Positions 18,412-28,194 of a stretch of DNA of 64,000 nucleotides are shown here, piece by piece. The translations under genes were made by a program, and so were the position numbers. The DNA comes from Planctomycetota bacterium (GTDB taxonomy: Bacteria > Planctomycetota > JAJSAM01 > JAJVHW01), in contig CBDFJG010000004.1 in the NCBI GenBank assembly GCA_965248445.1, positions 1,792,001-1,856,000 on the forward strand, read 5' to 3'. How positions within the stretch are numbered: the first letter of the stretch is position 1; every line of letters starts with the position of its first letter. The notes beneath the pieces were generated by a model. It searched no databases. It was not told the origin of the DNA and saw only the letters and a list, made by a program, of their open reading frames with translations.

Positions 18412-19947
18412 TCAGTCCAGACGAAGCTCCACACCGACCTCCGCCAGGCGCTTGGACTCCTCCTGCAGGTCATAGCGAGTCAGCGGGTGGTCGTCGAGCC
18501 AGTCGTCCGTGAACCGGATCATGAGCCCGTCCGCGAACCCCTCGACGTTCGCCGGAAGCGGCGGACGCGGATTGCGGCCGCGGTTGAGGCGCCGGCCGAT
18601 CCGGAGCAGAACGCACAGCAGCAGCGCCCGCCGCGCGCGGTCGTCGGGCAGCGACGCGAAGAGCTCCGGCAGGACCTTGCGCCGGTGGCCTCGAACGATG
18701 GCGGCAAGCATGCGCTGGTCGCCTCGGGAGAACCCCGGGAGATCCGCGTTCTCGACGAGGTACGCAGAGTGCCGCTGGTACCCCGCCCGCGCTACGGACA
18801 TCCCCGCTTCGTGAAGACTCGCGCTCCATGTGAGGAGACGCCGGTCGATCGGGTCGTCGAGGAACCACGCGCGCCGCACGTGTTCGAACAGCGCGAGCGA
18901 CGTCCGCTCGACCCGTCGCGCGTGCTCCAGGTCGACGCCGCATCGCGCGGCGAGGTCCGACACCGAGCCGTCCCGCGAATCCTCGGTACGAGGATCGCCG
19001 AGCAAGCCGAGCACGATTCCCTCGCGGATGGCGGCCTCCGACGTTTCCATCACATCGAGATCGAACGCATCGAAGACGGCCTGCAGGATGGCGACTCCGC
19101 CCGCGACCACTGGCGCACGTGTGTCGGACAGACCGTCGATCTCGAGGTGTTGGTCGTCCTTCGCAGATTGGATCGACTTGCGTACCGCGCGCAGACCGTC
19201 GTGGGTCACAGGTCCCTTCGACCAGTCGTTTGCGACGCACATGGAGCGGATCGCGAGGTTCGTGCCCGATGAGCCGATGGCCACGTTCCAGCCGAGATCC
19301 GCGAACGGACGCACCAGGGGCTCGAGTTCGAGGCGCGCAGCCAGGCGCGCCTCGGACATCGCCGACTTGGACAATCTGCCGTCACCGAAGAAGCGCCGCG
19401 TGAACGAGACGCAGCCCATGTAGAGGCTTGCGCTCGCGAGCACGTCGTGACCCTCGCCGACGATGCACTCGGTGCTGCCTCCGCCGATGTCGATCACGAG
19501 CCGGCGTTCGGGGCCCTCGTCCGCGACGTGGGAGACGTCGTGGGCAACACCCCGGTAGATCAGCCGCGCCTCCTCGTCACCCGAGACGATCTCGATCGGG
19601 TGGCCGAGGATGGTCTCGCAGGAGGAGAGGAACTCGCCGTCGTCGTCCACCTGACGGAACGTATTCGTCCCGACCGCTCGGACGTCCTCGGGCGCGAACC
19701 CGCGCAGCCTCTGCGCGAACCGTCCGAGACAAGCCTCTGCACGCTGCGCCACCGTTGTTTGGATCCCTGTTTGGATCCCGCCGCCGGCAGTCAGCCCGGT
19801 GGCGAGCCGCACGCGCTCCCTGATCCTGTCCACGATCCGAAACGCGGCGCCCTGTCGCTCGGCGACGATCAGGTGGAAGCTGTTGGAGCCGAGGTCGACC
19901 GCCGCAACGGTGCGCTCCGTGTCCGCTTGGCCGCTCGAATTCGGCAC
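18412..19947 (-). CDS. ppx: exopolyphosphatase, Ppx/GppA family
   Basis: AAVDLGSNSFHL, SGDEEARLIY.GV, IDIGGGSTE, C-terminal HD-like region (LHEAG, LPGFS). Start approximate. Confidence 0.93.
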   Translation of the reverse strand: MPNSSGQADTERTVAAVDLGSNSFHLIVAERQGAAFRIVDRIRERVRLATGLTAGGGIQTGIQTTVAQRAEACLGRFAQRLRGFAPEDVRAVGTNTFRQVDDDGEFLSSCETILGHPIEIVSGDEEARLIYRGVAHDVSHVADEGPERRLVIDIGGGSTECIVGEGHDVLASASLYMGCVSFTRRFFGDGRLSKSAMSEARLAARLELEPLVRPFADLGWNVAIGSSGTNLAIRSMCVANDWSKGPVTHDGLRAVRKSIQSAKDDQHLEIDGLSDTRAPVVAGGVAILQAVFDAFDLDVMETSEAAIREGIVLGLLGDPRTEDSRDGSVSDLAARCGVDLEHARRVERTSLALFEHVRRAWFLDDPIDRRLLTWSASLHEAGMSVARAGYQRHSAYLVENADLPGFSRGDQRMLAAIVRGHRRKVLPELFASLPDDRARRALLLCVLLRIGRRLNRGRNPRPPLPANVEGFADGLMIRFTDDWLDDHPLTRYDLQEESKRLAEVGVELRLD

Positions 19948-20128
19948 GGACCCATTGTGGCCGTGGCTCCCCCATCCCGCGTGCACCCTCCGACCGGCGT
20001 ACCCGCCCGGGGCTATCCTCGTCAATCGGCGTGCGGGGCGGCACCGCCGGCACGTCCGCAGTTCGTCGTCAGGGCCAGGTCGTCGTCAGTGCCACTTCCT
20101 TTGACGGGCGCCGGCTCATGGAGGTCAC

Positions 20129-20401
20129 ATGTCCAGTCGCACTCTCAGCGTAGCGATCCTCTCGTTCTCACTCCTGGGCATGGCAGCGTGCACGAGCCCG
20201 CTAGCCGAGGGGAACAGGGTCCGCAAGGCCGACACGACGCGTGCCCCGGGCATCGTCTACAACGGCGGCGACGCGCAGGCCCCGCACGCGGGCGCCGGCG
20301 ATGCCGCCCCGGCGGCCACCGGCACCGACGGTAGCGCGGGAGGCAGCCGCAGCGCCGGTTCCGTGCGCGAGTACGTCGAGTCATTCCCGCAGTCCAAGTA
20401 A
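20129..20401 (+). CDS. small hypothetical lipoprotein
   Basis: GGAGG RBS and signal peptide ending LLGMAAC. Confidence 0.6.
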   Translation: MSSRTLSVAILSFSLLGMAACTSPLAEGNRVRKADTTRAPGIVYNGGDAQAPHAGAGDAAPAATGTDGSAGGSRSAGSVREYVESFPQSK

Positions 20402-20435
20402 CCGCAGCCCTGCTGCTCGGCTCGCTCGGGAACCG

Positions 20436-20864
20436 TCAGATCAGAGCGCGCGCCGCGGCCACCACCGCGACGTAGCGAGCGGCCTTCCCCGTCGCCACGA
20501 GCACGAGGAACAGGCCGGTCGGTACGCGCAGCAGTCCCGCGGCGAACGTCAGCGGGTCACCCACCACCGGAAGCCACGCGAAGAGCAAGACCCAGCGGCC
20601 GCGCTTGCGCATGCAGCGCGCCGCCAGAACCAGCGCACGCCGCGACACCGGGAACCAGCGCCGGCGCCGCCAGCGTCGCGCCTCGCGGCCGAGCAGGTGG
20701 TTGAGCAGCGCACCGAGCGTGTTCCCCGCGGTGGCGACCACGACCAGAGGGACGACAGCGGCACCCTCGGCGGTGGCGAGCACGCCGAGGACGGCTTCGG
20801 ACGGCACCGGCAGGAGTGTGGCGGCGAGAAACGCGCTGCCGAACAGGGCAAGGAGTTCGCTCAC
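20436..20864 (-). CDS. YqaA-like (DedA/VTT) membrane protein
   Basis: LF.SAFLAATLLP..SEAVL, GNTLG, W.LLFAWLPVVGDPLT..AG.LR, GKAARY. Confidence 0.9.
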   Translation of the reverse strand: MSELLALFGSAFLAATLLPVPSEAVLGVLATAEGAAVVPLVVVATAGNTLGALLNHLLGREARRWRRRRWFPVSRRALVLAARCMRKRGRWVLLFAWLPVVGDPLTFAAGLLRVPTGLFLVLVATGKAARYVAVVAAARALI

Positions 20865-20982
20865 GCCGGCATTCGATCACGAGACCGCCGTCACGCCGCC
20901 CCGGAACAATTCCGGCAGGCCGTCCGTTCAGGGGGCAGCCCCAGAAGGGCGACATGCACATCGTCCGGAGGTCTCGCTGTCG

Positions 20983-21384
20983 ATGAAGAACGCTCTGCTA
21001 CCCGCCGCTTTGCTGCCCGCCGTATTGGGGGCACTCCTGCTGGCGGCGTGCGATGCGCGCACCGAGACCGCCGCCGGAACCCCATCCGGACCGGTCGCCG
21101 TGCAGACCCCTACCAAGCAGGCCCCCGCGTCACCGGCAGCGGATCTCGTGACCGTCCGGCTCGCCGTCTCCGGCATGGGTTGAGGCGGCTCCGATTCCCC
21201 GCAGGTGCGGGGTGCTCTCTCCGACGTGCCGGGCGTCGTGTCGGCGCGCGTTAGCTGCGCGACGGGTCGTGCAGTCTGCAAGGTCGAGCCGGGCACCGAC
21301 CCGGAGACGCTCGCCGCCGCAGTGGACGAGGTCGGCTTCACGACCCGCCTCATCGGCACATCCACCGGAGCCGCTGGCCAGTAA
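20983..21384 (+). CDS. lipoprotein with heavy-metal-associated (HMA) domain, probable selenoprotein (TGA at 21181..21183 = Sec67)
   Basis: RBS GGAGG and lipobox LLLAAC. Reads VRLAVSGMG-TGA-GGSDSPQVRGALSDVPGVVSARVS...LAAAVDEVGF in frame to TAA at 21382..21384. Confidence 0.8.
21184..21212 (+). promoter_or_regulatory. candidate bacterial SECIS element
   Basis: Stem CCCCGC/GCGGGG (21197..21212) with AGGT loop; 19 nt separate the TGA from the loop. Confidence 0.65.
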
Positions 21385-21432
21385 CTGACCCCGTCTGGGT
21401 GTCCGGAAGACCGGGCAGCCCGGCATCTTCAC

Positions 21433-21459
21433 GGAGGCCGCCCCGCCAGGGCGGCCTCC
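21433..21459. terminator. hairpin between convergent genes
   Basis: 11-bp stem GGAGGCCGCCC/GGGCGGCCTCC followed by TATTT. Confidence 0.6.
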
Positions 21460-21469
21460 GCCTATTTGC

Positions 21470-22489
21470 CTATTTGGCGAGCCAGGCGCCCACGCCGTCC
21501 GGCGGTGCAGGGAGCACGAGCGGAACGCAGTCCCGCGGTCGCGAGCCGTTCTCGTCGCCGAGATGGAGCGACATGCCCGGAGCGCCGAGACGGTCGACCG
21601 CGGCCCGCGCGATCCGGCCGAACGTCACGCGAGCGTTGATCTCGCCAACCGGGTGGAGCTGCAACGACCCCGCCGCGTCGCGATGCCGATACGAGTCGAC
21701 GCCGAATGGTCCTGAGTAGCCGAGACCCAGCAGCTTCTCGCCCACCCACGCCGCGCCGTCGAGCAGTACGGCGTGCGCCTGCGGATCGGATGGGAGCGGT
21801 TCGATCGCAGACACGGCGCCGCCGCCACGCAAGGTCTGCCGGTGGACCCCATCGATGCACACCCCGCCGGATTCGATGTGCGCCTCCACGCCGAACTCGG
21901 CCACGACGTCCATCCAGGGCTCGAAGACGAGAATGCCATGCGCAGCCACGAGCCGCTCGAATCGTGGGCGATCCTGATCGCGCAGTCGCAGACCGCTCCC
22001 GCGGAGCCGTGCGCGACCCGCCGTGCCGTGCGGCGCCTTGACTACCCAATGCCCGGTCGCCGATGCAGCCGCTCCGTCGGCGTCCAGGTGACGATGCAAC
22101 TCGCTCTCGTCTCGGATCGTCCGCGCGCCGGGCAGCGCACAACCGCGAGCTGTCGCCCATTCGAGTTGGGTCCGGCGATCGCCGGCACGCGCACTGGAAC
22201 GAACGCGGGTCAGATGAACCACCTCATCAGTGGCGCCCCATGCGACAGCCGGCTCGTCCGCCGATGCCGGAAGAGCACCGGACACGAACGACGCCCCGCA
22301 TCCGTCGAGTGCCGGCGCGATCCGGGCGGCGTCCACGGGTGCGCGCGTCCAGAGAGCATCCCCGGGTGCAGCCAGCACCGCCATCAGCGCGCCCAGTGCC
22401 GACAGACGCTCACGGAGCGGAGACTCGTGCGCCGGTAGGCCCGCCCATGCGCGCTCGCAGTCGAGATTGGCGATCAGGAGCGTCGCCAC
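21470..22489 (-). CDS. ATP-grasp-like hypothetical protein
   Basis: WVVKAPHGTAGR, FEPW, GYSGPFGVDS, GEINARVTFG. Confidence 0.7.
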   Translation of the reverse strand: MATLLIANLDCERAWAGLPAHESPLRERLSALGALMAVLAAPGDALWTRAPVDAARIAPALDGCGASFVSGALPASADEPAVAWGATDEVVHLTRVRSSARAGDRRTQLEWATARGCALPGARTIRDESELHRHLDADGAAASATGHWVVKAPHGTAGRARLRGSGLRLRDQDRPRFERLVAAHGILVFEPWMDVVAEFGVEAHIESGGVCIDGVHRQTLRGGGAVSAIEPLPSDPQAHAVLLDGAAWVGEKLLGLGYSGPFGVDSYRHRDAAGSLQLHPVGEINARVTFGRIARAAVDRLGAPGMSLHLGDENGSRPRDCVPLVLPAPPDGVGAWLAK

Positions 22490-22497
22490 GGCGGCGT

Positions 22498-23307
22498 CTA
22501 CCCGCGGGGCGCGCCGCCCGGAGCGGTCGGGACCTCATCGGCCAGCCGCGCGATGAACTCCTCGTCCATGCCGGCAGCGACCCGCGCCTCGCGATCGAAC
22601 GTGCGTCCGCGGGCGCGGGACGGCCCATGCGGCGGTCGCACGCCGCCGACGAACGTGTCCCAGTCCGACGTCTGCGGATCCTTGAATGCGCGCATCCAAC
22701 GCCACGCGAAGCCGACGTGCCGCACTTCGTCGTCGTGCACGCGCTCGAGCACGCGCGCGGTCTCCTCGTCACCGGCCTCTCGCGCCGCGGCGATGTGCTC
22801 GACCGAGAAGTCGAGGTTGGCGTTCTCGAACGTCAGGCCCATGGTGCAGACGAACTCGAGAGGAGTATGCATGTCCTCCACCTTCCGCCAGAAGTGACCT
22901 GAGACGGGCAGGTCGCCGAACCGCAGAGCGAGCGAGTCCAGGCGACCCGTGTACAGCCGGCAGTGGCGCTGCTCGTCCGCCATGATCGCCGCGCAGCCCC
23001 GGCGGAACGCAGCCGGGGCCGCGGGGAACGCGAGGATCGCCCACGCGAAGATCTCCGCCGCCTGCAACTCGTGGTTGGCGAGCGCGTGCAGGATGCGCGC
23101 GCGCTGCGCCGGATCGTGCATCCCCTCGGGCGGAGGGACGCGCACGTCACCGCCCGGCAGGATATCGAGCAATGGCGGGCGCACGGGCTCGGAGTACCGG
23201 GTCGGCGGGCCGGGGTCCTGATCAGTGAAGTCGTTCGGCGGCGCCTCGAGCTTGCCCTCGAGCGTCGTCGCTTCGATCACCCCTGCCGCGAACGTCCGCA
23301 GTTCCAT
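22498..23307 (-). CDS. DUF455-family ferritin-like (diiron) protein
   Basis: LHALANHELQA, DEQRH, ENANLD, HDDEVRHVGFA.RW. Confidence 0.85.
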   Translation of the reverse strand: MELRTFAAGVIEATTLEGKLEAPPNDFTDQDPGPPTRYSEPVRPPLLDILPGGDVRVPPPEGMHDPAQRARILHALANHELQAAEIFAWAILAFPAAPAAFRRGCAAIMADEQRHCRLYTGRLDSLALRFGDLPVSGHFWRKVEDMHTPLEFVCTMGLTFENANLDFSVEHIAAAREAGDEETARVLERVHDDEVRHVGFAWRWMRAFKDPQTSDWDTFVGGVRPPHGPSRARGRTFDREARVAAGMDEEFIARLADEVPTAPGGAPRG

Positions 23308-23362
23308 GGCGGAGAGGAGAACATGCCGTCCGCGCACCGCAGAGTCTCTACTGGGGGTGCGT

Positions 23363-24670
23363 TCAGGAGAGGACGTGACGCGCGGCGGCCTCGCTACGGA
23401 GCGTCTCCGCGAGCCGCGGGTAATACGCGTCGTCGAAACGCGACAGGTCATGCCCGCCGGCTGCCCAAGCCTGACCGCGACGCCACAACCGGACTCCGTG
23501 ATCGAGCGCCGCGGAGATGTCGTCTCCTGGTGGCGGCGCGTCCCGCGGGAGGAGGCGGCCTGCTGAGCCATAGTGGCACCAATGCCCGGCGGCGTTCGAG
23601 AGGTTGCGGCCCGAGACGGCGTATCGCAGGAAGCGGTCACGGGACAGACCGCCCCGCCCGCTGTCGCCACGCAACACGAGGTCCGCCCATGCATCCACGA
23701 ACGGACACCACACGCGCACCGACCGGAAAGGCTGATCCGTTGCGTTCAGGTAGAGCAAACGCCTGTCGCCGAGCAGCCGGCGTGAGTGACGGACCACGCG
23801 GTCGAGAGTCCGCAGGTCGTAGGCGACGCCATCGAGGTAGAGACCGTCGGGCGCGTACTCCTCGAGCACCCGCTCGATCTCGCGCAGCGGATCGCTCGCC
23901 CGGGTGTGCTGCGGACTGAGGTACAGAACGAGCTGCATTCCGGCTGCACGCACCCGCTGCGCGAGTTCGTCGTATCTCTCGCGATCCGCCGGCTCGTGAC
24001 GGCGGGTCCGCCAGCTCGCCCGACGGCCGGCGTAGCGACCGATGCGCGGCCGATCGGCCGGCGCGGCCGCGGCCCAGAAGTACGCGTGGAGCGCGAAGAT
24101 CCGGCAGTGGCGCGCTGCGCTGTCGATGACTTCCGGTCCCGGGTAAGCGGCGGCGGGAAACGGACGCGGCCGGCCCTCGTGTGCCAGAGGCTCGGCCATT
24201 CGCTGCGGCGAAGGAGGCCGTGGCGGGAAAAACGCCACCCACACCTCGTCGCCAGCGGTCGTTGTGCGCGGCCCCAGCGGATAGACACCGATGCCGCCAC
24301 GGCGGTCCAGAACGAGCCGGCTGCCACGTCGCCGCGCGCGGTACTCCGGCGGGAAGAGCGGCTCGACGCGTAGTTCCAACGGCTTCTCTGCCGAAAACTG
24401 CACCACGGAGTCCGGGCGCACCGTTGCGCGTACGTGTCCGAATCGCAGCTGCACCTCGTCGGTGTGGAGCTCGACGACGGGCGCCCCCGGCGCGGCGACA
24501 TGAACGCGCGCGAGTGGCCGGGAGTCCGGCAGGCGCGCGTCAACGTGCAGCACGCCGCTCCCGTCGAACCGCAGCACGGCGCCGGTAGTGGTGACCTCGA
24601 CGTCGGCGCCGCGGTGCGCAACGCGTTCCACGCGCATTCCCGGCCACGCGGGATCGGACGGCGCTACCAC
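23363..24670 (-). CDS. hypothetical protein, possible glycoside-hydrolase-like TIM barrel
   Basis: Overlaps the sugar transferase stop. AGMQLVLYLSP and PDGLYLDG motifs. Confidence 0.55.
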   Translation of the reverse strand: MVAPSDPAWPGMRVERVAHRGADVEVTTTGAVLRFDGSGVLHVDARLPDSRPLARVHVAAPGAPVVELHTDEVQLRFGHVRATVRPDSVVQFSAEKPLELRVEPLFPPEYRARRRGSRLVLDRRGGIGVYPLGPRTTTAGDEVWVAFFPPRPPSPQRMAEPLAHEGRPRPFPAAAYPGPEVIDSAARHCRIFALHAYFWAAAAPADRPRIGRYAGRRASWRTRRHEPADRERYDELAQRVRAAGMQLVLYLSPQHTRASDPLREIERVLEEYAPDGLYLDGVAYDLRTLDRVVRHSRRLLGDRRLLYLNATDQPFRSVRVWCPFVDAWADLVLRGDSGRGGLSRDRFLRYAVSGRNLSNAAGHWCHYGSAGRLLPRDAPPPGDDISAALDHGVRLWRRGQAWAAGGHDLSRFDDAYYPRLAETLRSEAAARHVLS

Positions 24671-25251
24671 CCGATCGCCCTGCCGGCGGTGCGAAGAAGG
24701 AGCGCGACGTCGCCCGCCGCGCTCCGCTGCTCAAGGTACTCTGCATCAAGCGCCAGCTTCTCGGGAAGCACGTATCGCCGATACGACGACACGGGGTCCG
24801 AACCGGCGATCAACGCGCCCTCGGTTCGCGAGAAGCGCAACTGCGCGGGTCCGGTGACGCCCGGTCGCGCCGACAGCACAAACTGCCAGCGGGGATCGCC
24901 GGCATCCACGAGTTCCGGATCCTCCGGACGCGGCCCGACGAGGCTCATCTCGCCGCGCAACACGTTGAGCAACTGCGGCCACTCGTCGACGTGCAGAGCG
25001 CGCAGGACGCGTCCGACCCGCGTCACGCGGGCATCATCGGGGACGGTCAGCGGGGGCCCGTCGGCTCCGCTGATCATCGTGCGCAGCTTGAACAGAGTGA
25101 ACGGACGAGCGTGGCGTCCGACGCGGCGGGTGCGGTGCAGGACCGAGCCGCGCGACTCAAGACGGATCGCGAGCGCGGCGATCAGGCCGAACGGCGCGAG
25201 CACGACAATCAGGAACAGGGCCAGGCCGACGTCAAGGGCGCGCTTCGTCAT
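24664..25251 (-). CDS. bacterial sugar (phosphoglycosyl) transferase
   Basis: KRALDV, FKLRTM, RVTRVGRVLR..HVDEWPQLLNVLRGEMSLVGPRPE, RPGVTG.AQ. Confidence 0.92.
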   Translation of the reverse strand: MTKRALDVGLALFLIVVLAPFGLIAALAIRLESRGSVLHRTRRVGRHARPFTLFKLRTMISGADGPPLTVPDDARVTRVGRVLRALHVDEWPQLLNVLRGEMSLVGPRPEDPELVDAGDPRWQFVLSARPGVTGPAQLRFSRTEGALIAGSDPVSSYRRYVLPEKLALDAEYLEQRSAAGDVALLLRTAGRAIGW

Positions 25252-26495
25252 CTGCGATGGCGCCGGAGGACGTCGGAGAGCGCCGCGATCACGTACTCGA
25301 CGTCCGCATCGTCCAGAGAGGGATGGATGGGCAGCGACAGCAGCCGGCGCGCGGCGTCGTGGGCGATGGGGAACGCCCTTGGCGCATGTCCGTATCGCCG
25401 GGCGTAGTGTTCGTGCTCGTGGAGGGGAACGAAGTGCACGCTCGTCTGCACGCCGTGCGACGCCAGTTCGTGCGCCACCCCATCGCGGTCGATCCCCAGC
25501 GCGGCGGTGACGAGGCGAACCGGGAACAGGTGCCATGCGGAGGAGCACCCCGCGCGCTCGACCGGCAGCTGCAGCGTGTCCAGATCCGAGAACGCCGCGA
25601 GGTACCGCGCCGCAATGGCCCGTCGGCGTGCGTGGAATGCCGGCAGTCTCGCCAGTTGCACGCGACCGATGGCCGCAGCGATGTCGGGCATGTTGAGCTT
25701 CAATCCCGGCGCGCGCACTTCGTAGCGCCAGGACCCCGGTCCCTCGCCACGATGCCAGGGGCCGTTCGAGAGACCGTGGTGTGTGTACGCGCGGGCGCGA
25801 GCGATGACGCTCTCCGGTCCGGTGAGCATGCCTCCTTCACCGGTGGTGAGGTTCTTGTTGGCGTAGAAGGAGAAGCTCGCGAGCGACCCCCCGCGCGTCC
25901 CACTGCGCGTCCCACCGATACGGCGGCCGTGGCTCTCCGCAGGCAGTGCGTGAGCCGCGTCCTCGAGCGCCAGCAGGCCGTGTTCGGCCGCCAGAGCGTC
26001 GAGGGCGTCCACGTCGGCCGGGTGGCCGGCGTAGTGAACCGGCATGAGTGCCCGCGGGGTCACGCCTTCTGCGCGCAGCCGTGCAACGGCCCGCTCGACG
26101 GCCGCGGGATCGAGGGTCAGGGTCACCGGATCGACGTCCACGAGCACGGTGCGGGCTCCGAGCACCTCCACCACGTTCGCGGTCGCGGCGAACGTGAGTG
26201 TCGGGACGAGCACGGCGTCCCCGGGACCGACACCCGAGACCGCGAGCGCCGCGAGCAGCCCGCTCGTGCAGGACGAGAGGGCCAGCGCGCTCTCCGCGCC
26301 CACGAACTCCGCGAACTCCCGCTCGAACTCCGCGGCCACCGGTCCTGTTGTCACCCAGCCCGAGCGGAGAACATCGAGCACGGCCTGCTCCTCCTCCGGA
26401 CCGAGGCACGGAGGCGCGAACGGCACGTCTCGGACGGAAGAGCCAGGCCGGACCGTGGAGCCTGGGCGGAAAGAGGCGTTCGCGCGAGGGTTCAC
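25248..26495 (-). CDS. DegT/DnrJ/EryC1/StrS nucleotide-sugar aminotransferase
   Basis: SGWVTTGP, EDAAHA, SFSFYANKNLTTGEGGM, LSLPIHP. GTGA overlap start. Confidence 0.93.
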   Translation of the reverse strand: MNPRANASFRPGSTVRPGSSVRDVPFAPPCLGPEEEQAVLDVLRSGWVTTGPVAAEFEREFAEFVGAESALALSSCTSGLLAALAVSGVGPGDAVLVPTLTFAATANVVEVLGARTVLVDVDPVTLTLDPAAVERAVARLRAEGVTPRALMPVHYAGHPADVDALDALAAEHGLLALEDAAHALPAESHGRRIGGTRSGTRGGSLASFSFYANKNLTTGEGGMLTGPESVIARARAYTHHGLSNGPWHRGEGPGSWRYEVRAPGLKLNMPDIAAAIGRVQLARLPAFHARRRAIAARYLAAFSDLDTLQLPVERAGCSSAWHLFPVRLVTAALGIDRDGVAHELASHGVQTSVHFVPLHEHEHYARRYGHAPRAFPIAHDAARRLLSLPIHPSLDDADVEYVIAALSDVLRRHRR

Positions 26496-27139
26496 GGTCT
26501 CGAAATCCACGCCAGATAGTGCGTTCGCGGAACGGCATGGCGGTGCAGCCACGGCAACGAGTCCGGGCGGAGGCGCGCGACAGCGCGCACGAGATACGGG
26601 ACAGGAGTGATCATGCGCGCGACCGTGTGCCAGCCCGGGAACAGGCGCACCAGGGCCGCGATAGGCAGGCCGCGGACCGACGGATTGAGAGGATGGAACG
26701 GGAAGTCGTAAACCAGCGCCCCACCACCGGGCCGCAGCACGCGCACGACCTCGGACGCCAGCGCCGACCGCGCTTCGTCGCCGAACACACTCGAGAACAC
26801 CGTCGAGAGCGAGCAGAGGTCGAACGTGTCGTCGCGAAACGGAAGGCGCCGGGCGTCTCCGACCGCGAATCCGCCGGGCCGGATTCGGCGGGCGCCTGCG
26901 GTGGCACGGGCGTGTGAGAGATCGATGCCGACACACCGCCGAGCGCCGGTGGCGGCGATCAGGCCGGCGAGTGAGTCTCCGTGACCGCAGCCGACGTCCA
27001 GGACCGGCCGGTTCGCGAGGTCGGTCATCCCCTGTCCGCGGAGCAACGCGCGAATGGCGCGAGTGCGGTCGTCCAAGATCGACCGATCCGCCAAGCCGAT
27101 ACGTCGGCCGGTCGGCGGAGCACGGAGAGGCATGGTCAC
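26492..27139 (-). CDS. class I SAM-dependent methyltransferase
   Basis: VLDVGCGHG, GDARRLPFRDDTFD, RVLRPGG. Confidence 0.88.
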   Translation of the reverse strand: MTMPLRAPPTGRRIGLADRSILDDRTRAIRALLRGQGMTDLANRPVLDVGCGHGDSLAGLIAATGARRCVGIDLSHARATAGARRIRPGGFAVGDARRLPFRDDTFDLCSLSTVFSSVFGDEARSALASEVVRVLRPGGGALVYDFPFHPLNPSVRGLPIAALVRLFPGWHTVARMITPVPYLVRAVARLRPDSLPWLHRHAVPRTHYLAWISRP

Positions 27140-28194
27140 GCGGTCCGAGCAACCAGGCCGCGCAGGAACCCGACCCCGTACGCGAGGTGCATCGTCATGA
27201 ACGCCGCCGCGGTCGTGCCGAGACGTGCGGCCGGACGGCGGCGCGCTGCCAAGCCACCCGCCACGAGCGCCGCGCCCGCGTAGACGCACGGGACCACGAG
27301 CGGCCACGGCGACCCGAGGAACCAACTGAGCGAGACCGAGACGACGAGCGCGACCACGAGGCCCGGCGGTGCGAGTGCGCGGAAGGACGTGAGGGCGCCC
27401 CGAGTGCGCAGCACGCGCGCTTTCCAGAGTCCGTAACCGTGGTATTGCCGGCGCAGCCCGGCGAGCGTCGATCGGCAGACGTATCGGACCAGGAGATCCG
27501 GAACGAGCACGATGCGATGTCCCGCAGCACGAAGACGATGGTTGAGTTCGTCGTCCTGGTTGCGCTCCAGTTCACAGTCGATTCCTCCCACAGTGTGGAG
27601 TGCGTCGGCGCGGTAGGCGCCGAACGCGAGGGTGTCCACGTCCCACAACTCAGGGTCTTCAGCACCGCTTTCGGACGTACCGCCGGTCCGGAAGCGCGCG
27701 CTGCCCGCGCCGAACGGGTGGGACATCGCAGCGGCCACCGACGCACCGGTCGCGCCGGCGCCGACCGTGTCGAGCGCCCCGCCGGCACACGCCGCTCCGG
27801 TCTGGACGAGGGCTTCGATGGCCCGGCACACGTAGTCCGGCGGCAGCGACGCCCGCCCATCCACACGGACGATGACGAGTCCTCTCGCGAGGCAGAGTCC
27901 CACCGCTAGCGCCGCGGCGGCGGTCCGGCCCGGGTTGTCCACGACCCGGACCTCGTGGCGCCACCCGGCGTGGATGCAGCCTGCGCTCCCACTTGAAGCG
28001 GCGATGCGCTCGACGATGGCACGCGTGCCGTCCGTGGACTGCCCGTCGAGCACGATGATCTCGAGAGCGGCGCCCGGAAGGTGCTGCGGTGCGTCCTGCT
28101 CAAGAACCGACCGCAGCGCCTCCCCGACGTGGGTCGCCTCGTTTCGGACGGGCATCAGCACCGTCACGACCGGAGCGGCGATCGGTGGTGTCAT
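27136..28194 (-). CDS. glycosyltransferase family 2 (ExoA-like)
   Basis: MPVRNE, DGQSTDGT, VRVDG, RNQDDELNHRL, C-terminal TM helices. Confidence 0.9.
   Translation of the reverse strand: MTPPIAAPVVTVLMPVRNEATHVGEALRSVLEQDAPQHLPGAALEIIVLDGQSTDGTRAIVERIAASSGSAGCIHAGWRHEVRVVDNPGRTAAAALAVGLCLARGLVIVRVDGRASLPPDYVCRAIEALVQTGAACAGGALDTVGAGATGASVAAAMSHPFGAGSARFRTGGTSESGAEDPELWDVDTLAFGAYRADALHTVGGIDCELERNQDDELNHRLRAAGHRIVLVPDLLVRYVCRSTLAGLRRQYHGYGLWKARVLRTRGALTSFRALAPPGLVVALVVSVSLSWFLGSPWPLVVPCVYAGAALVAGGLAARRRPAARLGTTAAAFMTMHLAYGVGFLRGLVARTA

Noticed and set aside
21181..21183. Alternative genetic code (TGA = Trp/Gly)
   Set aside because: Many other genes in the window end cleanly at TGA, so read-through would be site-specific.
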